A DNA stretch of 64,000 bases from Candidatus Kaelpia imicola (GCA_030765505.1 JAVCCL010000043.1:69686-133685), one strand, 5' to 3'. Counted from the first letter of the stretch, positions 19,117 through 29,565 are shown. The notes: a model not told the origin generated them from the letters alone. Numbers and translations are program-made.

Positions 19117-20628
19117 ATGAAAAATGAATATATGCAGCTCCATCGCCCTCAGTGGAAGACGAGAGTAGGTTTTTTGCTTGCAGCCTTGGGTTCAGCAGTA
19201 GGTCTTGGTAATATCTGGAGGTTCTCCTATCTCTGCTACAAGAACGGCGGCGGAGCGTTTTTAGTCCCTTACTTTATAGCTCTTTTAGTTGTAGGTATAC
19301 CGTTAATGATTCTTGAGCTTGGGGTCGGGCATAAGATGAGAGGCTCGGCTCCGATGAGTTTGGCAAAGATAAGCCGTAGATGGGAATGGCTGGGATGGTG
19401 GTCGGTAATATTTGTAATGTTTGGAATAGTTCTCTACTATTCTGTAATAATATCCTGGTGCTTCAACTATCTTCTATATGCTTTAGATCTCAGATGGGGT
19501 TCAGACCCTAACGGCTTCTTTTTCAAGCAGTTTCTCGGTGTTACCAAGGGTCCGTTTCAGATAGGCAATATCAGATTCGGGATATTGATAGCCCTTGCTT
19601 TTGTATGGTTTATAAATTGGATAATTGTTTTTTTAGGTATCGAGAAAGGAATAGAGAGGGCAAACAAGATATTTATGCCCCTGCTCTTCTTCTTAACAGC
19701 TATTCTTGTCTTTTGGAGCATAAAGCTGCCCGGTGCTTTAGAAGGCCTAAAAATATATCTTAAGCCTGATTTCTCTCTTCTTAGAGAATCCAGAGTATGG
19801 ATAGAAGCTTTCTCTCAGATATTCTTTACCTTAAGTCTCGGTTTTGGAATAATGATAACATACGGGTCTTATCTGCCTAAGAAATCTGATATAGTATTAA
19901 ACTCTTACTGTATAGCGGGTTTAAATTCTATCTTTTCTTTTTTTGCCGGGCTTGCCGTTTTTGCCACTATAGGTTATATGGCCAATCAGACCGGAGTAGG
20001 ATTTAACGAGGTTATAAAAGAGTCTATAGGGCTGGCATTTGTAGTATACCCTCAGGCTATAAGCCTGCTGCCGTTTCTACCTCAGCTTTTTGGTTTTCTG
20101 TTTTTCTTAACACTCTGTATTGCCGGTATATCGTCATCTATATCGATTATTGAGGCTTTTAGCTCTGCACTAATAGATAAGTTTCATTTCAACAGAAAGA
20201 CTATTACGAGCATAGTCTGTATTCTGGGCTTTTTCGGTTCTATGATATTTACTACCGGAGGCGGGCTGTTCTGGATAGATATAGTCGACCATTTTCTCTC
20301 TCATTACGGGTTGATAATGATTGGAATACTCCAGACTGTCTTAGTGGCCTGGGTATATAAGGCTGGAAAATTAAGAGAGCATATCGATAATGTATCCGAT
20401 CTTAAAATAGGAGTATGGTGGGACGGGGCAGTAAAATATATTATCCCGGGTGTACTTTTAATTCTCTTCTTCAATGATTTAAGTTATGAAATTTTAAACC
20501 CCTACGGAGGTTACTCTTCTATTGCATTGCTTCTCATAGGCAGGGATTGGCTTCTCTATACTCTATTTGCTGCTCTGATTTTTGCTATGTGTCCCTGGAG
20601 AAAAAATATTCATTCTAATAAGGAGTGA
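19117..20628 (+). CDS. Sodium-dependent transporter, NSS/SNF family
   Basis: GSAVGLGNIWRF, NGGGAFL, QIFFTLSLGFG; about 12 hydrophobic segments. Confidence 0.93.
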   Translation: MKNEYMQLHRPQWKTRVGFLLAALGSAVGLGNIWRFSYLCYKNGGGAFLVPYFIALLVVGIPLMILELGVGHKMRGSAPMSLAKISRRWEWLGWWSVIFVMFGIVLYYSVIISWCFNYLLYALDLRWGSDPNGFFFKQFLGVTKGPFQIGNIRFGILIALAFVWFINWIIVFLGIEKGIERANKIFMPLLFFLTAILVFWSIKLPGALEGLKIYLKPDFSLLRESRVWIEAFSQIFFTLSLGFGIMITYGSYLPKKSDIVLNSYCIAGLNSIFSFFAGLAVFATIGYMANQTGVGFNEVIKESIGLAFVVYPQAISLLPFLPQLFGFLFFLTLCIAGISSSISIIEAFSSALIDKFHFNRKTITSIVCILGFFGSMIFTTGGGLFWIDIVDHFLSHYGLIMIGILQTVLVAWVYKAGKLREHIDNVSDLKIGVWWDGAVKYIIPGVLLILFFNDLSYEILNPYGGYSSIALLLIGRDWLLYTLFAALIFAMCPWRKNIHSNKE

Positions 20629-20631
20629 GAG

Positions 20632-21363
20632 ATTATAAATATTAAATTAGTCCTGGAGTATGACGGCGGTTGTTTCTCTGGTTGGCAGAGACAGAGAGAG
20701 AAGACTACCGTACAGGGTGAGATTGAATCGGGGCTATCTAAGATTCTGTCTCAGCCTGTGAATTTAATATCTTCGGGCAGGACAGATGCTGGAGTTCATG
20801 CAAAATATCAGGTGGCCAACTTTAAGACAGAGAAAAGAGTGCAGCCTGAAGATATTAAGAGAGCTTTAAACTCACTCTTACCTTCAGATATTAGGATTAA
20901 ATTTGCACAGAGAGTGGGTTTGGATTTTCATGCTCGTTATTCTGTTAAAAACAAAATTTACAGGTATAATATATTTACAGGAGAGTATATCTCTCCGTTT
21001 AAAGTTAGATACTTCTGGCATCTGCCTTTAGGTTTGGATTTTTATAAGATGAGTGAAGAGATAGGATATATTTTAGGTAAACATGATTTTATAAATTTTC
21101 AGGCTAAAGGAAGCAGTGTTAAAGATACTAAGAGAACAGTATCTAAGGCTTTTCTGAAAAAAGACGGCAGCTATTGCAGTATCTTTATAGAGGCAGATGG
21201 TTTTCTTTATAAGATGGTAAGGTTCATTGTTGGAACTCTTGTTGAGGTTGGTAGAGGTAGATTTGAGCCTGGGAGAGTTAAAGTTCTTCTTGGCGGTAAG
21301 AGATTAAAGAGAGGTCCTGTAGCTCCAGCAGAAGGGCTTTTTCTCTGGAAGGTGAAATATTGA
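20632..21363 (+). CDS. truA: tRNA pseudouridine(38-40) synthase; start non-canonical (ATT 20632 or ATA 20635)
   Basis: In-frame upstream extension INIKLVLEYDGGCFSGWQRQ...TVQGEIE precedes SGRTDAGVHA; also FHARYS, FLYKMVR. No ATG/GTG/TTG between the upstream TGA (20626) and GTG 20758. Confidence 0.9.
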   Translation: MINIKLVLEYDGGCFSGWQRQREKTTVQGEIESGLSKILSQPVNLISSGRTDAGVHAKYQVANFKTEKRVQPEDIKRALNSLLPSDIRIKFAQRVGLDFHARYSVKNKIYRYNIFTGEYISPFKVRYFWHLPLGLDFYKMSEEIGYILGKHDFINFQAKGSSVKDTKRTVSKAFLKKDGSYCSIFIEADGFLYKMVRFIVGTLVEVGRGRFEPGRVKVLLGGKRLKRGPVAPAEGLFLWKVKY

Positions 21364-22145
21364 AGAAGATAGGCGTAAGACAGCTGCAGGATTTTTTAAA
21401 GATTTTAGGAGTAGATTATTATAAAGATGGTCTCTATTACTATAAGCTTTTAGAATACCCCTTGATTTTAAAAGAGATAGACTTTGAAGAATCTGGAAAG
21501 ATTCTTGATATAGGTTGCGGTAAAAGCTTTTTGCCGCTCTACTTTCTTTACAGGGGGTTTGAAACTTGGGTGGTGGATAATGGCGAATTCTATGCTGACT
21601 TCGATAAATTCTATAGGCAGATTCTAGATTCAAGACGTTTTATGGATGATGAGAATATGAGTATTATCTGGGGTAATTTTCAGGAAATAGATTTTCCTAC
21701 AGGTTATTTTGATTTTATTACGGCTATTTCAACATTGGAGCATTTTAAGTTTAGTGGTGATATGCAGGCAGCAATGAAGATAAATGCCTTACTTAAAAAG
21801 GGTGGAAGATTTATTGTAACTCTACCTTTCTCTCAGGCCGGTACAAGAGAGAAGTTTTTTGACAATAATGGCCATACATATTTTCAGCGTGACTATGAAT
21901 TGGATTGCGTCTTTAAAAGAATAGTTGAGCCTTCTAAATTAAAATTAAAATATTTTTATATTATTGGTGAGAGGTTTCCTTCTCTGGGAAAGTTTTTTTT
22001 CTTTAAAATGCCTTTTGCAAAACGTAAAAATACCTGGGCACGTCTCTTCTCTAAGCTATTTTGGAAGGTTTATTACAAAGGGAAGGATAGGAAGCTGCCC
22101 CAGTTTAAATATCCCGGAGTGATAATCATGGTACTAGAGAAATGA
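21360..22145 (+). CDS. Class I SAM-dependent methyltransferase
   Basis: ILDIGCG, FDFITAISTLEH, LKKGGRFIVTLP. Confidence 0.85.
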   Translation: MKKIGVRQLQDFLKILGVDYYKDGLYYYKLLEYPLILKEIDFEESGKILDIGCGKSFLPLYFLYRGFETWVVDNGEFYADFDKFYRQILDSRRFMDDENMSIIWGNFQEIDFPTGYFDFITAISTLEHFKFSGDMQAAMKINALLKKGGRFIVTLPFSQAGTREKFFDNNGHTYFQRDYELDCVFKRIVEPSKLKLKYFYIIGERFPSLGKFFFFKMPFAKRKNTWARLFSKLFWKVYYKGKDRKLPQFKYPGVIIMVLEK

Positions 22146-23080
22146 AGTTATCCAAGATTTCTGTTGTAATGCCGGTCTACGATGAAGAGGATAGCCTTCC
22201 CCGTATCTTTAATGAGCTGAAAGATGTCTTAACCGGAATACCCTATGATTATGAGATAGTGATTGTAGATGACGGCAGTAAGGACGGGAGCTGGGATTTA
22301 ATATCGAGTGTTTCCAGTTCGGATGAAAAGATAAAGGCTATCAGGCTTCTTAAGAACTATGGGCAGACGGCGGCAATTCAGGTTGGTTTTGAGAATGTTA
22401 GCGGTAATCTCATTGTAGTTATGGATAGCGATGGACAGAATGACCCTGCCGATATCCCTCTCTTAATTTCAAAACTTAATGAAGGTTATGATGTTGTAAG
22501 CGGATTGAGATTTAAAAGAAAAGACTCTCTGGTAAGGAGGTTCTTCTCTTATTCCGGTAATCTCTTGATTAGAAAAACGACAGGACTTAAGATTCATGAC
22601 GTAGGCTGCAGCTTGAAGGTATATAAGAAAGAGTGGGTTGATAATTTAAAACTTCTTGGCGAAATGCATAGAATATTCGTTGTCTATCTGGCTGAGATGG
22701 GAGCTAAAGTTGCTGAAGTTAAGGTCAACCATCGTGAGAGGATAGGGGGGCGCTCAAAGTATGGAATAGCAAGGGTTATGAAATTGATGATGGACCTGAT
22801 ACTCTATAAATTCTTTACAAGCTTTGCTTCAAGACCGATATATGTATTTGGCGGAACAGGTTTTATAAGTATATCTATGTCTCTATCTGTGTTTATCTTT
22901 GTTGTCTACAGGAAGATTGTCTTTCGGGGTCTCTGGTTAAGTCCGCTATTCTTTATAGCGGTGTCGTTATTTACCGTGGGAATTCTTTTTATCATGCTGG
23001 GTATACTGGCTGAAATTGTTATGCGGATCTATTATCAGACTAAGTATGGGTTTCCTTATAAAATCAAAGAGAAGATATAG
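22142..23080 (+). CDS. GT2 polyprenol-phosphate glycosyltransferase (ArnC/GtrB-like)
   Basis: SVVMPVYDE, VDDGSKDGS, NYGQTAA, MDSDGQNDP; two C-terminal TM helices. Confidence 0.9.
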   Translation: MKLSKISVVMPVYDEEDSLPRIFNELKDVLTGIPYDYEIVIVDDGSKDGSWDLISSVSSSDEKIKAIRLLKNYGQTAAIQVGFENVSGNLIVVMDSDGQNDPADIPLLISKLNEGYDVVSGLRFKRKDSLVRRFFSYSGNLLIRKTTGLKIHDVGCSLKVYKKEWVDNLKLLGEMHRIFVVYLAEMGAKVAEVKVNHRERIGGRSKYGIARVMKLMMDLILYKFFTSFASRPIYVFGGTGFISISMSLSVFIFVVYRKIVFRGLWLSPLFFIAVSLFTVGILFIMLGILAEIVMRIYYQTKYGFPYKIKEKI

Positions 23081-23086
23081 CTAAAA

Positions 23087-24952
23087 ATGTGCGGTATTCT
23101 CGGTTCATTAACCGATAGCGTTATAGATAACAGAGAGAGATTTAAGGAGGCTCTTGGTCTTTTATACCATCGCGGCCCTGATGAGATTGGGTATTTTCTG
23201 AGTCAGAATATTAGCCTGGGTTGCCGCAGGCTTAAGATCATAGGGTTAGATAATGGTAATCAGCCTATAGTTAATGAAGATGGTACATTAAGGATAATAT
23301 TTAATGGGGAAATATATAATTACAGAGAGTTAAGATCAGATCTTAAATCCAAAGGTCATCTTTTCAAAACCGATACCGATACAGAGGTTATCCTCCATCT
23401 TTATGAAGAGGAAGGAGTTGGATGTTTAGAGCGTTTTGAAGGTATGTTTGCTTTTGCTATTTGGGATAGCCGGGATAGGAGCCTTTTTATTGCCAGAGAT
23501 AGGTTCGGTATTAAGCCGCTTTTCTATTCCCATAACAGAGATGGATTTATTTTCTCGTCTTCTATCAAACCTATCTTGAAGCTTCTAAATAGTAAGCCTG
23601 GTATATCTGATAAGGCCTTAAATCTCTACTTTTGGCTGGACTATGTGCCTTCACCCTACACCATATATAAGGGTATATCCTCTCTGCTGCCGGCCCATTA
23701 CCTTGTTTTTTCAAAAGATAGGGGTTTAGATATAAAAAAGTATTATAGCCTGGGGAAGTGCGATCTTAGAAATAGAAGCAGAGAGGATATTATTTTAGAT
23801 CTGAGAGAGCGTATCTCGAACTCAGTTAAGAAACATCTTGTTTGCGATGTTGAGCCGGGTCTTTTTTTAAGCGGAGGACTTGATTCAAGTATATTGGCTT
23901 ATCATATGAATGAGCACCTGGGTTCTTTTAAGACATTCAATATCGGTTTTAGGGAGAGTAGCTTTGATGAATCAAGGTATGCAAAGTTGATTGCAGATCG
24001 GTTTAGGCTGGAATACAACTTTAAATGTTTTTCCAGCGATTATCTTTTAGGATATTTAGAGAATATTGTTTCCAGGCTGGATCAGCCTTTTGCCGATCAT
24101 TCACTATTACCTACTTATCTTCTCTCCGATTTCAGTTCTAGAAAATTAAAGCTGGTTCTTTCTGGTGATGGAGGAGATGAGTTGTTTTGCGGGTATCAGA
24201 CATATATTGCTCATAGATTATTTCGTTTTTATAAGATTATGCCTTTAAAATTAAGAGAGAGTTTTTTAAGATTGGCTCTCTCTCTTGTCCCGGTTTCTGA
24301 TAGATATTTTAGTTTAAACTTTTGTCTGGACAGATTTTCGAGGTCTCAAAGTATAAATGATATTAAGAGGCATATCTCCTGGATGGAAAGTTTTGGTCAG
24401 GAAAGAAGAGAACTTTTAAATGATAGATATGAAGATGTTGAGGATGAGTATATAGATTTTATTCAGGATAAGTTTATATCAGACTCTAAGGGGTTAGAGA
24501 AGATTCAAAAGTTCGATATTTATAGCTATCTTAGTAATGACATTTTATATAAGACTGATTTTTCAAGCATGCAGAATTCATTAGAAGTCAGGGTTCCTTA
24601 TTTAGAGAAGAGTGTGGTTGAGCTGGCTTTATCATTGCCTGAGAATCTGAAATTAAGGAATCTCAGAGATACTAAACATATATTGCGATCTGCCTACAGA
24701 GGTAGTTTGCCCGCTGCGATTCTCGAGAGGAAAAAAGCAGGCTTCAGTTTGCCTGTAGCAGGAATGTTGAGGGGTCAGTTAAAGAGTATGCTTAATGATC
24801 TTATCGAAGATAACAGTAGTCTAAGATATTTAAATAGAGGTTATCTGAAAGATATCTTCTTGGAACATTTGCAATATAGGAAGAATAACCGTAAAATACT
24901 TTGGAATATTTTGATTTTCTCTATATGGTCCATAAAACATGAAGCAGAATAA
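23087..24952 (+). CDS. asnB: Asparagine synthase-like glutamine amidotransferase (glycan-cluster type)
   Basis: N-terminal MCGI, HRGPD, FNGEIYN, RDRFGIKPL, LSGGLDSS, SGDGGDE. Confidence 0.9.
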   Translation: MCGILGSLTDSVIDNRERFKEALGLLYHRGPDEIGYFLSQNISLGCRRLKIIGLDNGNQPIVNEDGTLRIIFNGEIYNYRELRSDLKSKGHLFKTDTDTEVILHLYEEEGVGCLERFEGMFAFAIWDSRDRSLFIARDRFGIKPLFYSHNRDGFIFSSSIKPILKLLNSKPGISDKALNLYFWLDYVPSPYTIYKGISSLLPAHYLVFSKDRGLDIKKYYSLGKCDLRNRSREDIILDLRERISNSVKKHLVCDVEPGLFLSGGLDSSILAYHMNEHLGSFKTFNIGFRESSFDESRYAKLIADRFRLEYNFKCFSSDYLLGYLENIVSRLDQPFADHSLLPTYLLSDFSSRKLKLVLSGDGGDELFCGYQTYIAHRLFRFYKIMPLKLRESFLRLALSLVPVSDRYFSLNFCLDRFSRSQSINDIKRHISWMESFGQERRELLNDRYEDVEDEYIDFIQDKFISDSKGLEKIQKFDIYSYLSNDILYKTDFSSMQNSLEVRVPYLEKSVVELALSLPENLKLRNLRDTKHILRSAYRGSLPAAILERKKAGFSLPVAGMLRGQLKSMLNDLIEDNSSLRYLNRGYLKDIFLEHLQYRKNNRKILWNILIFSIWSIKHEAE

Positions 24953-26663
24953 ATGGTTTCTAATATTATTTTTTATTATCCTGATCTATTCTCTTGTAGC
25001 CGTTTATATTATTGCTTCTAATTCAAATTTTCCTACAATAGATGCTCCTAACCATGCCATATTCTGTGTTCAATTTTATGGTGATACAATAGATTTATTT
25101 CATAATTCTGAGCTCTCTATTGCCGGTAAGATATTTGAATTCAGAAATATTTTTTCTAAAGGCATAATCTATTGGCCTAAGCTGCTTAATTTAAGCTCGC
25201 TGCCTTTTATGTTTATCTTTGGGTTATCAGCTTGTAGTATAAAAATGGCCAACGTATTGTATTTAATAATTTTTGCGGTTTTTGGCTATCTGCTGGCTTT
25301 AAAACTTGGAGCTAATAATAGAGAGGCTCTTTTTGTTACGATTATTCTTCCGCTCTATCCTGTTATTTTAAGGGCTATACAGAGTTACGGTTTAGATCTG
25401 CCGCTTATGAGTATAGTTGTCCTGTTTTTCTTCTTGCTTTTAAAGACAGATGGTTTTAAGAAGACCCTTTATTCAATATTGGCAGGTTCTGTGTTTGGAA
25501 TTGGCTTACTGATCAAAGGTCAGGTTGTGATATTTGTTTTATTTCCTCTCTCTCTCTATCTGTTTATTTCATTATCAAAAGAGATTAAAGGTGACGGAAA
25601 CTACATTCCTCTTTTTAGGTTACTTGCCAATCTCTCTCTATTCTTGATCTTTGCTTTTCAAATTGGTGGTTTATGGTGGCAAGGGAAGTATAATGATCTA
25701 TTATCGGCTTTAAGAGAGCATACCATACCTGATTATAAACATTTTGAGAGTTATCCTTATGAAGCTTCAGGGTCTTTAAGTTACTACCTCTTTTATTTTA
25801 AATATCTTTATTTAGATGGTTTTGGACCTCTGCTTAGCTGTTTTTCGGTATTGTCGTTTTTTAGATATATTTTTAATAAATCTCTACCTAATAAAAAAAT
25901 AGCATTATCCTGGTTGTTTTTTCCGCTCCTAATACTGTCTTTTTTGTTTAAAGTCCATCAGCTTAGATATATTATCCCCCTTGTTCCGGTTATTGTCATT
26001 ATTACTACGATAGGCTCAAGGTTTAAAAGACTGCTTTGGACTATCTTTTTTAGGTCTCTACTTTTAATTATATTAGTTTTTCGGGTCTATCTGTTAGTGT
26101 TCTCTGGGAAAGATAAGCCTCTCTGCAGTAAACTGTTTGCCATTAGGTATAGCGATGGTATTTTAAAAGATTTTGAAATGAATAATTCTGATATAGCCGA
26201 TATTTTTTATGAAAATTTAGAAGATCATTTAGCCCCCGGTCGGTATAACTGCTTGATTATCCGTTCAGCCGGCATTGAAGACGGGCCTGTTGGTATACAG
26301 CTCTGGCTTGAGATGAAAGCATATAACAAGGGTTATAGAATTTTGACCCATGATTTATATGATCAATGGTATTCAATCTATGAATGGTGGAAGGGAGAAC
26401 CGGGTAAGTATATAATATTGTTTATTGAAGACGGAAGTCAAGATTTAGGTGGGGATAGATTGTTTGATAAGGATTGGATATTAAAAAGAGATGAAGAGCT
26501 GTTTCCCAGGATAGAAGAGTTTAAAAATCATCCTGTAACGGCTGAGCTTTTAGATGAATTTTTCCCGCTTTTAAAAGAGCGGGCTCAAAAAATGTTTGAT
26601 TTTGATATAGCCATATATCACTGCGAAGCCTATGAATACGAAAATGTTCCAACCTCTTATTGA
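24939..26663 (+). CDS. GT-C membrane glycosyltransferase (ArnT/PMT-like)
   Basis: About 11-13 TM segments, early acidic loop PTIDAPNH, GLLIK, RYIIP, soluble C-terminal domain. Confidence 0.75.
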   Translation: MKQNKWFLILFFIILIYSLVAVYIIASNSNFPTIDAPNHAIFCVQFYGDTIDLFHNSELSIAGKIFEFRNIFSKGIIYWPKLLNLSSLPFMFIFGLSACSIKMANVLYLIIFAVFGYLLALKLGANNREALFVTIILPLYPVILRAIQSYGLDLPLMSIVVLFFFLLLKTDGFKKTLYSILAGSVFGIGLLIKGQVVIFVLFPLSLYLFISLSKEIKGDGNYIPLFRLLANLSLFLIFAFQIGGLWWQGKYNDLLSALREHTIPDYKHFESYPYEASGSLSYYLFYFKYLYLDGFGPLLSCFSVLSFFRYIFNKSLPNKKIALSWLFFPLLILSFLFKVHQLRYIIPLVPVIVIITTIGSRFKRLLWTIFFRSLLLIILVFRVYLLVFSGKDKPLCSKLFAIRYSDGILKDFEMNNSDIADIFYENLEDHLAPGRYNCLIIRSAGIEDGPVGIQLWLEMKAYNKGYRILTHDLYDQWYSIYEWWKGEPGKYIILFIEDGSQDLGGDRLFDKDWILKRDEELFPRIEEFKNHPVTAELLDEFFPLLKERAQKMFDFDIAIYHCEAYEYENVPTSY

Positions 26664-29565
26664 CGGCGCTAAATCGGATCTGTTGCTTTTAATGATTCAC
26701 ACCTGGTATCCCTGGATGCCCCCTCTAGGCATATCTTATATATCAAATTATATGGAGTCTAAGGGTTATAAAGCGCTGCTCTTTGATTTTAATGCCAAAC
26801 TATACAATAATACTTCCGGTGAGAAGAAGAGGTTCTGGGATATAAGCACTATAAGCAGCTTACCGCTGCAGGATATAGTAGCTCTTTTGATAAATAGTTT
26901 TTCCAAAGAGATTGATGAATTAATCGATATAGTTCTTAAACGTCCAGAACCTATTATAGGATTCTCTACTAATTATTTAAGTATCCACGTTGTGAATCAT
27001 ATTGCTAAAATTATCAAAAGTAGAAATAGTGATAAGTTACTGATTGCAGGGGGTCCAGGTTGTTTCTGGGATCATGATCGCAGTGTTGTCGAACCTGGAG
27101 CGATAGATATTTTTGTTTTAGGAGAGGGAGAGAGGCCGCTCTATAATATAGTGGAGAGTTTTTATAAAGGGTCTAGTCTGGAAAATATTCCAGGCACTAT
27201 ATTTATAAAAGATAAAAAAGAGATAGATAATAGGCCGGCTGATCCGATATTTGATTTAAACAGCATCCCCTACCCGGATTTTAAAAATCTAGATTTAGAT
27301 GACTATGGATTTGGTGAAAAACAGACCAGAACTCTGCCTCTATTGGCCAGTCGCGGCTGTATCTCCAAGTGCACTTTCTGCATAGATCACTTTATGTGTA
27401 CCCCTTTTAGGATGAGAGAGCCAAGAAATATAGTCGATGAGATAAAGTTTCATATAAAAGAAAATGGTGTAAAAAACTTCTCTTTTAACGACCTGCTCTG
27501 TAACGGAGATTTAAAGAGACTCAGAGAATTTGCTGAGCTTATCAAAGAAGAGTCTCTCAATATACAGTGGGGCAGTTATGCTGTTGCCAGAGGGGATATG
27601 GATTTAGAGCTATTGAAGAGTCTTAAAGATGCAGGCTGTGTATCTCTCTGTTATGGGATAGAGAGCGGGTCAGATAAAATCTTAAAGGTGATGAGCAAGA
27701 TTTATACTGCCTCTGATGCTGAGCGGGTCTTAAGGTTGACAAAAGAGGCAGGCATAAAGGCTACTTTTAACATAATTATAGGCTATCCCGGGGAGGGGAG
27801 AAGGGAGTTCAAGCAGACTCTCCGTTTCGTAAAGAGAAACAGAGCTTACACAGAGAGTATTATCAATGTCTCTACTCTCTTTATCAATCCTACGGCAGCA
27901 CTTGGTGTGGAGCCTGAAAAGTTTAATATTTATTTTCCAAGACACCCCCGGAGTTTTAAGTTTATTTCATTAAAAAAGGCTTTGATTCCTAAATATTATA
28001 GTCTTTTTGGTATAAGTTCAGCTGTCAAAGATACGAAAGGAGTGGATATTTCGGAATTTGTCGATAAAAACGGAAACACAAAACCAGTAAGACTAAAAAG
28101 GTTAGTAAAGACACTCTATTTCTTGCAAAGACTGGGATTGTTTAGAAACGAGCCGATTATAAATGTTTATGCCACTAGGAACAGAAAAGTAAAGAAGGCT
28201 ATTGAATATATAGGGAGCAGGCAGAGCCTTACCTCTGGAGATCTTAGCGTTAAATGCAACAGGGAAGGTTTTGTAAGGATATTTTTAAAACATAAGTGTA
28301 TCACTGCAGGCCCGGGACTGAATATTGCTTTTTGGATTAAAGATAATTGGTATGATACATCTAGATATATCTGGGAGATTAAAAAGATAGGTTTAAATAG
28401 GATTGAGATTTTGATCAATATGGATGATATTGCTATAGAACACAAGTGGCTCTTAGAGCTTAAACCTGAAGGATTATATTGGCATATCAATGTCTGTTTT
28501 AGGGCCAAAAACTATACTGTTAACGAGACTAAGATAGGACTTCAGCTCTCAGAGTTTTATAAACATTGGTATTCTAAGTCTTATCAGGGAGAGTTTCCTG
28601 TTTTAGATGATAAATGGAAGAGCTTAGATCTGGAAGATGTCCAGAGTATTTGGGCTATGACAGAAGGAGGCTCTCCTTTAGGGGTTGAGATGAGTAAGAT
28701 TAAAAGCTCTATACCTTTGAGTTTGAGGATGGAGAGTTCTTATGCAAAGTACGGTTTTAGATTCTTAGCCTTCAGGAATAAAATTATTAGGCCTTACAAC
28801 AATAATAAGTTGAATATTAAACTGTTTTTTGGTTTTCGGGAAATACCCAAATCTTATTTAAAGATAAAAGAAGAGAAGAGAGCGTTAGAGAAAAAAGAGT
28901 TTCAGATTGTTGGAGCCGGGGATGAACTTAACGAAAGAAGAGAGCCTCTCTATGTAAAGAGATTTCGTTTTTTAGATTTAAGTATAAATAAAGGTATAAA
29001 GTTGTATTATAAGCAACGTGAGATAACGTCTGGGTGCGGAGCTATTATAACATGCCACCATAATGGCAGGATATTTGACAGTAGAGATGCTATCTGGAGC
29101 CTTATAGGTGGTAAAAATTATGATATCTTCGATCTCTATTGGGAGAATATATGTTTTCAAATAGAATGGGGGATAAGAGTTAAGAGAAACAATATTTTAT
29201 GGAGCTTTAGAGTTAATTCCTTAGAGAAGATAGAGTTAAAAGAATTGAAGTTTGGTCTTTTTTTAAATAAAAAATATGATTCTTGGTCTTTGGGTCCGTT
29301 CAGGGGGGGGTTGCCGGATAGCGTTAAAGATAGGTGGGATTATCTTCCTCTTACAAAAAGTAATGACAATAAAATATTATTAAGCTCTAGTCAAAATAAT
29401 CTTCCCGCTCTTTCATTCTCTAAATCCAAACTGGGATTTTTTCAAATAGAGGTACCCGATTTAAATATTGCAGAAGGTAAGATTATCTATGCTGCTTTAA
29501 ATAATTTATGTCTTAAGAGCGGAAAACCGTTAAATTTTCACTACAAGATTGGTCTGGAAGAATAA
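26632..29565 (+). CDS. Cobalamin-binding radical SAM protein with two tandem C-terminal domains of unknown function
   Basis: PPLGISYI, IAGGP, LGEGE (B12-binding region); SRGCISKCTFC (CxxxCxxC); GIESGS; about 440-aa extension with internal duplication. Confidence 0.88.
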   Translation: MNTKMFQPLIDGAKSDLLLLMIHTWYPWMPPLGISYISNYMESKGYKALLFDFNAKLYNNTSGEKKRFWDISTISSLPLQDIVALLINSFSKEIDELIDIVLKRPEPIIGFSTNYLSIHVVNHIAKIIKSRNSDKLLIAGGPGCFWDHDRSVVEPGAIDIFVLGEGERPLYNIVESFYKGSSLENIPGTIFIKDKKEIDNRPADPIFDLNSIPYPDFKNLDLDDYGFGEKQTRTLPLLASRGCISKCTFCIDHFMCTPFRMREPRNIVDEIKFHIKENGVKNFSFNDLLCNGDLKRLREFAELIKEESLNIQWGSYAVARGDMDLELLKSLKDAGCVSLCYGIESGSDKILKVMSKIYTASDAERVLRLTKEAGIKATFNIIIGYPGEGRREFKQTLRFVKRNRAYTESIINVSTLFINPTAALGVEPEKFNIYFPRHPRSFKFISLKKALIPKYYSLFGISSAVKDTKGVDISEFVDKNGNTKPVRLKRLVKTLYFLQRLGLFRNEPIINVYATRNRKVKKAIEYIGSRQSLTSGDLSVKCNREGFVRIFLKHKCITAGPGLNIAFWIKDNWYDTSRYIWEIKKIGLNRIEILINMDDIAIEHKWLLELKPEGLYWHINVCFRAKNYTVNETKIGLQLSEFYKHWYSKSYQGEFPVLDDKWKSLDLEDVQSIWAMTEGGSPLGVEMSKIKSSIPLSLRMESSYAKYGFRFLAFRNKIIRPYNNNKLNIKLFFGFREIPKSYLKIKEEKRALEKKEFQIVGAGDELNERREPLYVKRFRFLDLSINKGIKLYYKQREITSGCGAIITCHHNGRIFDSRDAIWSLIGGKNYDIFDLYWENICFQIEWGIRVKRNNILWSFRVNSLEKIELKELKFGLFLNKKYDSWSLGPFRGGLPDSVKDRWDYLPLTKSNDNKILLSSSQNNLPALSFSKSKLGFFQIEVPDLNIAEGKIIYAALNNLCLKSGKPLNFHYKIGLEE

